64,000 nt of DNA from Pseudovirgaria hyperparasitica (lineage: Eukaryota). The notes under the pieces were generated by a model. The model ran no database searches, had not been told where the DNA came from, and was given only the letters and a program-made list of their open reading frames with translations. The position numbers and the translations under genes are program-made. The first letter of the stretch is position 1. Every line of letters starts with the position of its first letter. Positions 1-10,633 of the stretch are shown in pieces. The stretch lies in the NCBI GenBank assembly GCA_010093815.1, contig ML996574.1; one strand, 5' to 3'.

Positions 1-1649
1 CATAGCTCATATGACTCGCCTTGCGCGAGTGAAGTCTGGCAGCATTGAACCTTGCTACGGTAGTTCGTCTCCTCGGGCGTCCTGATCTGCGCGAGTCCAA
101 GACTCAAATCAAGGGGCTTACGACGAGGTTCCAAGCGAGACTCATTATATCGAGGCTGGTGACGTGTATTGACTGACCTTTTGGATCGGATCTTGGCTCT
201 CATCTCCCGAATCCAGCATTCGTCGTCCGGTAGAAGGCTTTGAACATACACGTCCCCTGCACGATGGTCGATGACTATGCTCCGCTCAATAAAGGCAAAC
301 TTGATATCTTGTCTCCCGTCATTATAACATGACTCGTGAGGCTTGACATCAATAGTCTCGAGGCCTGCCTCATACGAGATGTAGCCCATGAAGCCACCCC
401 AGAATGGAACCGACTCGGGAAGTGTTCCTTTCAGTCCAGACGTAAAACAATATCTGTCGTACGAGCGTGGATCACACCTGTCCAGCGTGTCTTGAAGAAT
501 CGGCCATATTCGGCTGATGGAATCAACCTGGGCGGAAAGTAGTTCGCCTCTCCGCGAAGTGTAACATAGCTCTTTATCTGTTGAACGGTACGTGATTTCT
601 GGTGCCTGTGTCTGACCAGACGTTGGGATTCCTATAATGCTGAAACGTCCTGTCGCATGACCTTGAGAGTCCAGCATAACGATCCTGCTGCGATCAAGGT
701 TCAAGTTCTCGCACAGCATTACTGGAGTGATTGATGGCCACGGGACTTTCCGCCACAAAAACGTGCCTGCATTACGAACCAGGTCAAATTTCACATCTGT
801 AATCATCCCATCGATAGAATCGCTCAGACATATATCTCGAGTTGCACGCATACCATCTACACCAGGGGGTGCAACAGCGCTCAGTCTGTCGATTTTTGCT
901 GTCATATCAGGGTCAGCTATGGTAACCGACCGTTGCCTTGAAATTGACCACGCTTGAGCACGACTCCACCAGTTCTGTATCATGTCCATTCCTTCTTTGG
1001 ACGTGCAGATGGATTCAGGATGGAATTGTACGCCCCAGAATGGCTTGTATAGATGCCTCGCAGCCATCAGTATAGGACCGTTGAGCTCATCCGATGAGTC
1101 CCATGCCAGAGGGAGCATCAGTGGACACTGAGGTGTTGAGTCCCATGTGGTAGTGCCCTCCCCAAGCACTGCATATAGCGAATGGTACTGTGTCGCATGC
1201 AGATTTCGAATGCCTTGAAAAATGTCCATGTCAATGTGCTGAATTTTGCTTACAGTTCCATGTCGAGCCCGCTGCAGTCTCTCGATCCTTGCACCATGAC
1301 TGAGGCATAGACTCTGGAACCCCAAGCATACACCAAAGATGGGCAGTATGTCAGCCTCCTGTAGCTGCCACAGCTGGTTGATAAGTCCGACATCCTTTGG
1401 TTTGGCTGGATGGCCAGGCCCCGGTCCAATGACAACGGCATCGAACGCTCTCAAGATGTCAAGTAGGCATCGGGACACCTCAACATCATTGATGCGGGCA
1501 ACTGAAACAACGGCATTGATCGACTGCTCAAGAAGTCCGACAATGTTGTTGGAGAAAGAATCAAAGGCGTCGATGTAGAGGATACGAGGCCGAGGCAAGC
1601 CACTGTGGCTGCCACCGAGGGGCGGAAAAGGCCCTAGGGCGATCGGCAT
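1..1649 (-). CDS. ABZ1: Para-aminobenzoate / aminodeoxychorismate synthase, N-terminal part (GATase domain onward); runs off the left edge
   Basis: Manual translation from ATG 1649: MPIALGPF...RILYIDAFDSFSNNIVGLL...DAVVIGPGPGHP...GVCLGFQSL...GVQFHPES (class I GATase motifs). An in-frame stop lies just upstream of the ATG. Probably absent from the ORF track because it leaves the window without a stop. Confidence 0.88.
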   Translation of the reverse strand, partial: MPIALGPFPPLGGSHSGLPRPRILYIDAFDSFSNNIVGLLEQSINAVVSVARINDVEVSRCLLDILRAFDAVVIGPGPGHPAKPKDVGLINQLWQLQEADILPIFGVCLGFQSLCLSHGARIERLQRARHGTVSKIQHIDMDIFQGIRNLHATQYHSLYAVLGEGTTTWDSTPQCPLMLPLAWDSSDELNGPILMAARHLYKPFWGVQFHPESICTSKEGMDMIQNWWSRAQAWSISRQRSVTIADPDMTAKIDRLSAVAPPGVDGMRATRDICLSDSIDGMITDVKFDLVRNAGTFLWRKVPWPSITPVMLCENLNLDRSRIVMLDSQGHATGRFSIIGIPTSGQTQAPEITYRSTDKELCYTSRRGELLSAQVDSISRIWPILQDTLDRCDPRSYDRYCFTSGLKGTLPESVPFWGGFMGYISYEAGLETIDVKPHESCYNDGRQDIKFAFIERSIVIDHRAGDVYVQSLLPDDECWIREMRAKIRSKRSVNTRHQPRYNESRLEPRRKPLDLSLGLAQIRTPEETNYRSKVQCCQTSLAQGESYEL

Positions 1650-2800
1650 TTCCTCATTCAGCCGGAAACGACGTTGAGCGCTTCAGTATGGTTACCAGGA
1701 AGACATGCTGCGTGTTGATGAAGGCTTGGATATTTTGCTACGCCTCCAAAGCAGGATGGGAGCGAAGATTTCTGCTGGGGAGATGGTTTTTTTGGACCTG
1801 GCACGCTAACGTTGATTCCCGGACCGGTCTCTGGCTCTCGCCGCTCGGAAAGCCAAGTCGGTATGAACAAGGATATCAATCGGTGCCCGACATCCGGATA
1901 TCATCATAAACGCGTCGAATTAGCCAGACTGGGGTGTTGTGAAGTAATTGAAATGACTCTGTATTCAGATATGCAACTAGCTCGTATATTGCTACTCTGA
2001 AAGCCTATCAAGCGAGGCGTGGACAGCGGTCATGCGTATATGTCAGCCTGCCGCGGTAGCATAGAGACCGTTCCCTTTCATCATATTCACTTGCCCATGT
2101 CGAGATAATTGTTTAGTATGCTGGTTGGTTCAGAAAGTCGACATGAATACAAGCTGGAAGATAGCATAATAAGACAAGGAAGTCTAATCATATTCCATTA
2201 TAGCACCATAGAGCTTTGCGGTAGCGACGCCCGATTGTAGTGGTCTACCTACAGCAACCTTACTGCGCCCTTCATTGTGGCCATTGTTCGAAACCTTTGA
2301 GTTTCTCGGGAGAGAGACATCACATACACATACGCATGTAAACACTATTCCAAGTCTATGACTAATGCTATGAACAGATAGATAAGCCAGCAACCTAGCT
2401 TCAGTGTTTCCCATCTTGCCCAATCACTGATATTGTGCTGGCACGGGTCCATGCTCACTCTGTCCCTTACTGGGATTGTTGAACAGGTTCAACACTCTTC
2501 ACATCTATGAGCCTTGTAAGAGGTCTGTGCTCTCTGGGCTTGCTCTGATCTCTTGAGCTGTACCTCTACCTACCCTTGAATTCTATCTCAAGCTGTCTCC
2601 CAAACGTGCCATCGAATCCTTTCTCAAGCAATACTCTCCCTACCTACGCTTGAATTTATCTCAAACTGCACAGGAGGTTCCTACCGCTCGCCATAAATCT
2701 ACTATCTACCCTAGCATCCGTCTTCCCCTTTCGAAATGAATAGCCGTGAGTCATGATATTATCTACTCTCCGCAATCACACTAACTTGTCGTATATAGCA

Positions 2801-3635
2801 ATGGATGCAATTTCCGCCAACCAGGCCCTCGTCGACCCTAATGCTTTCCATAACCATCCTTACCCAGCATTGATGGATGTCGTCATTGAGTACGTCCGAC
2901 AGCATCAAATCTATGAATAACTATACATTGATACTAATAAACATCTATAGAGATAGTCCTTCACTTATCACCTTCCTTCTATATGAGTCTAAAGATGACT
3001 CTGAAGCTAAGAGCAGCTTCGTTATGCACGAGAACCTGGCCCGGTCTTCATCGACTTTTCTGGAAATCGCTATTGAAAATACCTGGATTGACACGCAGGA
3101 GAAGACTGTGGAACTATATGGGTTCAAGACTGAACCATTTACGGTGTTCTATAACTGGGTACATACCCAACAGCTGCCGGTTTCGTTTGGACCTCAGCGT
3201 GATGTTAGTGCGCAGTTGCAGGACCTTGACCTGGTTCTGACAGCATACTCTCTCGGGGAAAAACTTCATGCAATGGATTTCAAAGACGCACTACTCGACG
3301 CTTATTGTTGGTTTTGCCGTTCGTTTGAACCATATTCGAACTATATAATTCTTGGCCCTCCAATCCAGATTGGTTGGGTCTGGAGTGAGACTCCTCCAGC
3401 CTCGAAGATCCATGAACTACTACTCGACTGCATAAATTATAATGGCGGCGAACCGAGCTTGTGTGAAGAACAAGTAGAGCTATTCTCGCAAGACTTTCTT
3501 CGGGCAGTAGCCCAAGAAACATATTCCAAGCCTGGACCCGAAGCAGTTCGACACAAACCCATCATGCACCCCGATCCATGCCATTACCATGAGCATGGGC
3601 AGGAGAACAATTGTTACAAAGCTCGTCTCTTCTAA
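2801..3635 (+). CDS. Fungal BTB/POZ-like domain protein (paralog 1)
   Basis: Exons 2801-2889 and 2951-3635 (intron GTACGT...CTAAT...TAG, phase consistent). BTB-like pattern F-x-x-HENL-x-x-x-S-x-F...W...F-x-VFYNW...AYSLGEKL-x-x-x-DFKD; C-terminal DPCHYHEH...CYK. Confidence 0.78.
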
Positions 3636-5263
3636 GATTTCCCAAGGCTATGGTCTCTGGCAAAAGCTTGGAGGATCGTCAAGAGGTAGTTCAACGGTAA
3701 CTTCTTGTGCATGGAACTGGTAGGCTAGAGACATCACGGCTATATGAAGTCTCGGCGTAGACACGTGGAGAGAGAGCTCGTATGGTAGTATAATGCAATG
3801 AGACGCTTAGCACAATGATGGAATTTATGCTTCGTAGAAAGTAAAAAACTTCTTCCAATGTTCTATTTAATGATCTCTAGTAGTGTATTACCAGCTCCTG
3901 TGATTACACCATACGTTAAGGTGCTGTCACCAATGTATTAGCCTACCTATTCATGCTCGGCCCATGAGTGCAAGAATCAATTTGACTGTCTATGGAACTG
4001 TCCCAATGCTACTTTAAGGTTGAGAGTAGAGTACGTTACTGTAATACACAGCTATTTTAAGTTCTCTCTACTTGGTGGTGTAGTGCTCAAGAGCAGAGTG
4101 TTACATTGCGCAAGGAGCGATAGTTGCTATACGCTGGGAGTCTCTGTGGCCATCTGCCTGTGACACTGTACTGCAGTCTAAGAATACAAGGGATTGTATT
4201 ATCATGTAGGAGTCCTGAGCTTGTACAGCAGTGGCTATATGGTAAATCATTAATTCTACATTACATCGCACATAATACTAACCCGTATAGCGACCTACTT
4301 AACTCGATCTCTCCGCTAAGATATCCTACCGATTCTATGAAGATGCAGCTCACGCACTTTGGGAGGCAAGACTCGAGTCCCACATAGTTCTTCCTTCGTC
4401 AGATCCATGCAGTTACCATCTGTATATTTCAGGCAAATGCTACAAGGAGTTAGGTTGAGGATGCACACAGAGTACTCAATGGACACAAGAGTCAGCACGT
4501 TTCGGCAGTAGTAAGGACGACGGTCTGCAATGGCCATGGAGCTAAATATGGAGCAGTTATATCAAAGTATCAAAGCATATGCAGACTATGCCATTGGAGT
4601 ATGTTCCTCTGGCCAGTAAGATGCATACTAGGTAATAAATCACATTTCGATCTACCATTGCATCGTCTGAATCAGCTTGTCTTTGACCATAACCAATTTT
4701 CCAATTCCAAACATCACGAAGACCCATCGAAACCCTCGGAGATACCTGTACCTTGCCCCTTACTCCTCGCATATAACCTGAACCCCTATAGCTATCATTG
4801 GAAATGACTTCTATTATCGCATACCTTGCATTACGTTATCGAGTCACACCATAGCCTCATTAACCACATATTCATGTAGCCTAGACCCTGAAAAGCCTCG
4901 GTGCCTCCTAAACGATTGTGATTGCAGTGTTCTACTTCGTAAGCGATATCACACAGATGAAGTAAAGTCCGTGGAGCACGCGGATCCAGTCAGGGATAAT
5001 CGCCCGTGACAGCATCTTCCGGGTATTGAGGTTTTTGATATTGAGGCTGCGCCGGCTTGCGCGTGCCGTATGTGCATCAGGATATGGCAGGGTTGGGAAG
5101 TAAGCGAGTTGTGTTCACATGCGGAAAGTATCATTCACTTGTCTACGGGATCTTCTATAAAGCTAAGGGTATCTGCCCTTACTTTCCTTTCTCTACTTCT
5201 TCCACTACTTCTCACTCCCCTTCTTCAACTATTCTAGACCTCTAATATAACTCTCAAGCCAAC

Positions 5264-6089
5264 ATGTCTTCCAGTAAGTATCTAGCATTGATAACTTCTT
5301 TCGCAGCTTGCTAATCATATGCTACAGAAGGAGTGGTCAAGTACGATCGATACAATGATCGCGTGAAAGAACGCCCAACCCTTTCGTAAGCTCAATCTCA
5401 TTCTCGTATTACTATACTTTCTGACTTATATTGGTAGCCTCGACAATAACATGATCACTATCAAGCTCTATTCTAGTCATGACGAGAAAAGTTTCCAAGA
5501 AGAACATGTTGTACATGAAACTATCTTTAGAGAGGCATCCATGGTCGTTGATAATGCCATGGCTTATGATTGGGCCAACAAACGCGAGCGTGTAGTGAAG
5601 CTCTACGACATGGAATCCTACATAGCTTTCCAAGTCTTCAAAACGTGGGTATACCGACATAAAATCATCGTGGAACGATGTTACGATACCGGTGTCTCTT
5701 CTAGCAGCGAGATCCGACTACTATTGGCCGCGCATCATTTCGGGGACAAGTACAAAGCGATACACTTCATGGATACAGTCTTCGACGCGATCACGAAGCT
5801 ACACGAGGGTATCTATCGCGACCCACAGCTCGGGCTTATACCAAGCGTATGGGCACGTACGATGACGAATTCGCCACTTCGGCGATACTTCATTGACTGT
5901 ATCGTCCATAGTAAGGCTTCAGCCTACAACCCCTTTGAACTGTTAAAGAAGCTTCCGGAGGAGTTCCCAACAGAGCTTGCCAAGGCGTTCATGGTCGCCA
6001 AATTTTGGCCAATGGGCCAGGGGATGCCCGGAGACCCTTGTGCGTATCATGTCCACGTGAAAGGCACATGCTACAAGTCCCTAGCCTGA
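5264..6089 (+). CDS. Fungal BTB/POZ-like domain protein (paralog 2)
   Basis: Exons 5264-5273, 5328-5385 and 5438-6089; both introns GTAAG...CTRAY...AG with consistent phase. HVVHETIF...W...FQVFKTWVY...HFGDKY...FMD...SPLRRYFID; C-terminal DPCAYHVH...CYK. Confidence 0.78.
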
Positions 6090-6164
6090 CTCTTGGGTCC
6101 GTACAACACTGGATATCGGTTGGAATCTACAGCGTGGGATCAGACATGGGTTTCTGCAAGGCAA

Positions 6165-6256
6165 GCAATAGTCAGCGTACAATTGTATTGAATCGCCAAG
6201 GCAAGCGTCCTAGGTAGGCTTACGATTGCAATAGTCAGCGTACAATTGTATTGAAT
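6165..6256. repeat. Perfect 29-bp direct repeat, two copies, period 63 bp
   Basis: GCAATAGTCAGCGTACAATTGTATTGAAT at 6165-6193 and 6228-6256. Confidence 0.9.
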
Positions 6257-6323
6257 TCTTAAGGATTGCCGATTGCCGTATAGTAGTATTAGAGAAAAAG
6301 TGGGGTTATGGAGGGCAAAGAAT

Positions 6324-6396
6324 ATCACATGACTAGTCACGTGCCCGATCACGTGACCACACACGTGACTATATAATTACTAGATTTAGTCACGTG
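6324..6396. promoter_or_regulatory. Cluster of E-box/Cbf1-type RTCACRTG motifs
   Basis: CACATG at 6326; CACGTG at 6338, 6350, 6362 and 6391. Function is inferred only. Confidence 0.4.
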
Positions 6397-7489
6397 AACG
6401 TCATACTAGTCAAACTCGTGCCTAATATTAGCTACCTCACTATAATCGCTAATCGGTATAATAGTCTATAATAGTCGCAAGCAATCGAGGAGGCACGCTT
6501 ACGCTTGATAAGCGGCTGGGATTTCACAATTGCGCTTGCAGTACAGGGATTATTTGAAAGTCCGCTTGCGCTTGACTTGAATTGCCTTGCAGAAACCCAT
6601 CTCTGCGTGGGATGGATTAGACTGTGGTAAGGGAATTCATGCAAGCGAGGGAGGTTGCTAAATGGAGGGTCTTTGAACTTGAACTGGTTGAATAGCAGAG
6701 CATGAGCCTGGCTTGTCGCAATGTGGGAGCATCTTCCCCATTGCACCACAGAGATCAAGCACATAAATTAATATTATACTACTCGATGGTACATTTGACT
6801 TATGCCGTGATGTCGCTCCTTTCAATTACTTCGTGACCGTCTCCTTAACGGAGTCCTTCGCCTTGTCTTCCATGCCTACGATGTAGACGTCTTGAAAAAC
6901 ATCCTCATATACCTCTACATCATTATTACACTGGAACTACCGCTATTGAGGCCACATAGACACGGCCTACCCAGCTAAACACTCTACGCCAACTCATACC
7001 GCAATACTAAAGCTATGACAAGCCCCTTCTATGTATACTACTTAGTATATTTTATAACCCTCTCCCGTAGCAGAGCCTATTCTAGATAGTGCCAACCACA
7101 CTTTTTATCCCTGATACATAGCAAGCACTATCTCCTTGGAGTTAACAGCTGCGTATTACACAAGACACTTATTCCTAAGAGCTGCATTATCGCTACCCTA
7201 GCCAGCTGTCTCTTACATCCTCGTCTTTAAAAACATATATAATCCCGTACCCCACCGAAAATACAAAGCTTGAGTTCACGCGTGACAAGTAGTATAGATA
7301 CGTTGAACGATGTCTTAGAAGGTTCTTAGGCTAAGAAAGCCTCATAGAGCTGCTGGAAACGTGGTTGTCAGTAGTTTAGTTGCACGAGTCGCCCACATAA
7401 AGGCGTGAGAAGAGGCCTCGCAAGAGACTTCTTCAGTAGAGAATCATCTGTATACTAACTACCAGAGGACTTTTAGGAGACCGGCTCAA

Positions 7490-8200
7490 CAGTTAATCGT
7501 CTATATTTTTGATGCAAATGTAGTTATTAGAGACTTCATCCGGTGGAAGGACCCCTTTATCTCACTTCAAGTGTGCGTGATAGCGATTCCTCCGCGTAGG
7601 AGGACTGTCAATTCATACTCTAAATGTGCTCGTTAGGAGTTTATTCATCTAGGCAGCTTATATCTATACATTACTCTGAGGAATTTAAGAGACCTCTCCA
7701 CTAGATAACTGTACAGATACTTGTTATAAACGTGCTTAATAGAGACCTTTTTAGCTAGAAGGATCCCAACATCTTACTTCAAGTATAAGTATTAGCGATT
7801 TCTCCGCTTTAGAAGAGCTTATATTTCTATACTACTTGTGTTTATTAGTAGTTTGTCCACCTATATCTCCTATGTCTACTTGTTGCCGTAACACATTCAT
7901 GAGATCTCTCCAGTGTATAAACGCGTAGCCACTTACCACAAGAGCCCCTCAAGGAAGTTTGATGAGCGGAGAATCGTCTATATTTCTATAGTAAACGTAC
8001 TCATCAGAGATTTCTTTAGCTGTAAAGACCCAATTGTCCTGCTCCGGGTGCGTCTATCAGCGATTTGTCCATCTGAGAAAGTCAATGTATTCTGCTGTGA
8101 GTGTACTGTAACGCGTTTTAGCCGCTTGAAGAGGCCATATCTAGTCAATTCAAGCACGCTGGTAGATGGTTATCGAATCTTGGAAGGTTGGGAGTATTGA
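7490..8200 (+). pseudogene. Degenerate coding relic with three internal repeats
   Basis: Units translate as IVYIFDANVVIRDFIRWKDPFISLQV / TVQILVINVLNRDLFS*KDPNILLQV* / IVYISIVNVLIRDFFSCKDPIVLLRV. Many TAG/TAA stops; TpA-rich context. Strand is uncertain. Confidence 0.45.
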
Positions 8201-8398
8201 GAACTGGTATGTGTTTAAGGCGGAATGGGTGATAAAGAAGTGGAGTTGTAAGAGTGGATGCATGATATACAGGGAGGACAGTTGTTGAATACTAGGCTTG
8301 AATACTAGGCTCTGTTTTCTATGTAGCGTCTTGTCGTATATGCCTATGTATATATGTATATATGAACACAAAATCATCTCGGATAAAGCGTTTCTAGA

Positions 8399-10633
8399 TC
8401 AATGCTCGCAGAAATTGTACTCTTCAAACCCTTGTTCAATAGCGGCAGATTGGCTTGTCCGCTCACTCATCAGTTCTAGCCGGTGTTGTTTCGCCTCGTC
8501 CAGCTTCATCAGATTCTCCATTACGCCCTCAAAGACCATATCAGCCAGCTCGCGTGGAAGCCGATGGCTGACTTGCGAGAGCTCTAGCTGTTTCTCAGCA
8601 ACCCATTCGTACTGTTGTGGCGGTACGTTGGCAGTCGATACGACGCGGTAGTTTGGATCGACGAGCCATAAGACGATGAAGCGTCGGTGGCCTGGGCGGG
8701 TCTTGTCCTCCAGCGAGAACGGCTCCACGCAATGCTGCAGGGTGTTGGGGAAGGCGAGAAGGCGGCCCTGCTTCGTGGCAATGCTTCCGAGCTCTTGAAC
8801 GGCAGGTTCATCGCGTAGACTGTCTGTCCCGAAGATCTCAGCCAAGGGCTCGTGCTCATCTTGTTCGTAGTCCATTTCGCCGCCCTCGAGCAGCGCTTCT
8901 TGTCTGAAGCTGATGCGGGATTCGGTGGTGTTCTCAACATCGTAGTAGTATATCGATGTAGCGACGATATGCTCGTTGAGCATGCCCTCAATGTGCCAGC
9001 TTCCTCCGTCATAGCTAGGCTTATCGGGCGTGAGTTCGATGCTGGCAAGCTTGACAATTACTTGCAGACCTTTCTTGCGAAACTCGTCTTGGATCTTGAA
9101 TTCACTGAATTCGTGATCTGAAATCCCCATGAAGCCTGCGTGCTTGCCCTTCTTCCAATCTTCGTACGTATATGAGGGCTCTGGGTGCTTGACTGTTCGT
9201 ACCCGTTTCCACTTCCAGTCAGCAACGCCCCCAAGGCCAAGTTCGTCTTTCCATGTCTCGCCATCAGGGAACTCCTTTATCCATTCCCCGTGCTCGTCGT
9301 TACTATCTTCCTCCAAGGCAGGATTGTCGGGCTCTTCGAGATAGGCTTTGACCTGGTCGACAAGCCTCTGGTACTCCTCTGGCTTCATATCATCCGTGCG
9401 GTACGGAAGAGCGTCGATCCAGTCTGGTTTCTCGGTGTCGAATTCCGATCCAAAAGTCAAGATACGCAGAGGCACTCGCTGCTCCTCTTTCATCAGAACC
9501 TCGTTCCATGGCTCTATCGAGAGCGATATTAATTTCTCGATGACCTTGTATAACGGCCTGTTCTTGTTCGGATGGAGATTGTTGATGTACGATGTGATTT
9601 CCGCATCAACGCCAGCATCTCCAGTGAATCTTACTTCACATGGCAGCCATTGGAACTTCTTGGACCACAGAGGAGCCCTGCGACCGAGCTCTTCCTGCAC
9701 TCGCCGTCTGTTCCAGTTATTCATGTCACTCCAGTCGATGTTGCTATCTTCCGGATTCACGGTCGGGCCTCCTTGCCTCGGTGCGACCTCGCCCCTGCCC
9801 GAGAATTGAAGGGATTTGATTAGATCAACCTGACCGGTATTCATTACGGCAGTACGACCATACACTAGTGGATAAAGCGACGGATGGACCATGTTCAGGA
9901 CCTGATCATTGGAGTTAGGGTGCCAATCCTTCTGTGGTGCATCAATGAGAGACTGTGTCAGGCTGACGAACTGCTGGCGCAAGGATTCATCAACAAGTTT
10001 ATCCGACTTGACGCATCTGGAACCCCCGTCGAGAGTATGTACAAACTTCTTTTCGTCGTGGAGTTTCGCTTTGTCACGTAGCTCGAGAACACACCAGTCA
10101 AAGGCCTTGTCGCTCATATGTGGCATTTGTCTCGCTTCTTGACGCCATTTGTCCACAATAGCGTCGTCAGACACCTTGCGAGTCCATTCCGGCTTGTCCG
10201 TCAAGGCGTCCATGACTTGAATCATGGAGACCTCCCGGACGGTGAGTCGATGTAGGAGTTTCCAATCATTTGCACCATGGGCAAATCGCTTACCGTCCTC
10301 TCGGACAAGCTCGTACTCAATTGGCACACCATTGAAGGCGGGAACCTGTATTGGTTTCAGTCCCGAGTTGTCGAATTGGATCTCGTTTGCATCTCCGGTC
10401 GCCATCTCAGCAGCGACGTCGGTCTCAGGATGCTCTTCAACAAACTGTATTGACTGCATACTCAAGGGGGTAGTCGGTCCGCCTTTATACTCGCGACTTG
10501 CAAAGCGAGCTGGGCTAATGATTGGGGCGAAAATGGCGGTGCTGGGGCCTAACTTAAGTATCCTGGAACTAGGTAGACGCGGTCGCGTCGACGAGATGTC
10601 TGGGAGAAGACGCAATCGAAGTGCCTGGCGCAT
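8399..10633 (-). CDS. DUF4246-family protein (putative 2OG-Fe(II) oxygenase-like fold)
   Basis: 744-aa intronless ORF with KDWHPNS...VHPSLYPLVYGRT, FQWLPCEV, ITSYINNLHP, QVIVKLASIELTP, GGSWHIEG, AFPNTLQHCVEPF, GHRRFIVLWLVDP. True start may be Met77 (10405). Confidence 0.85.
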   Translation of the reverse strand: MRQALRLRLLPDISSTRPRLPSSRILKLGPSTAIFAPIISPARFASREYKGGPTTPLSMQSIQFVEEHPETDVAAEMATGDANEIQFDNSGLKPIQVPAFNGVPIEYELVREDGKRFAHGANDWKLLHRLTVREVSMIQVMDALTDKPEWTRKVSDDAIVDKWRQEARQMPHMSDKAFDWCVLELRDKAKLHDEKKFVHTLDGGSRCVKSDKLVDESLRQQFVSLTQSLIDAPQKDWHPNSNDQVLNMVHPSLYPLVYGRTAVMNTGQVDLIKSLQFSGRGEVAPRQGGPTVNPEDSNIDWSDMNNWNRRRVQEELGRRAPLWSKKFQWLPCEVRFTGDAGVDAEITSYINNLHPNKNRPLYKVIEKLISLSIEPWNEVLMKEEQRVPLRILTFGSEFDTEKPDWIDALPYRTDDMKPEEYQRLVDQVKAYLEEPDNPALEEDSNDEHGEWIKEFPDGETWKDELGLGGVADWKWKRVRTVKHPEPSYTYEDWKKGKHAGFMGISDHEFSEFKIQDEFRKKGLQVIVKLASIELTPDKPSYDGGSWHIEGMLNEHIVATSIYYYDVENTTESRISFRQEALLEGGEMDYEQDEHEPLAEIFGTDSLRDEPAVQELGSIATKQGRLLAFPNTLQHCVEPFSLEDKTRPGHRRFIVLWLVDPNYRVVSTANVPPQQYEWVAEKQLELSQVSHRLPRELADMVFEGVMENLMKLDEAKQHRLELMSERTSQSAAIEQGFEEYNFCEH

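Noticed and set aside
6165..6256. 29-bp repeats with a 34-bp spacer resembling a minimal CRISPR unit
   Set aside because: Only two copies, eukaryotic context and no cas genes; it is a simple local duplication.
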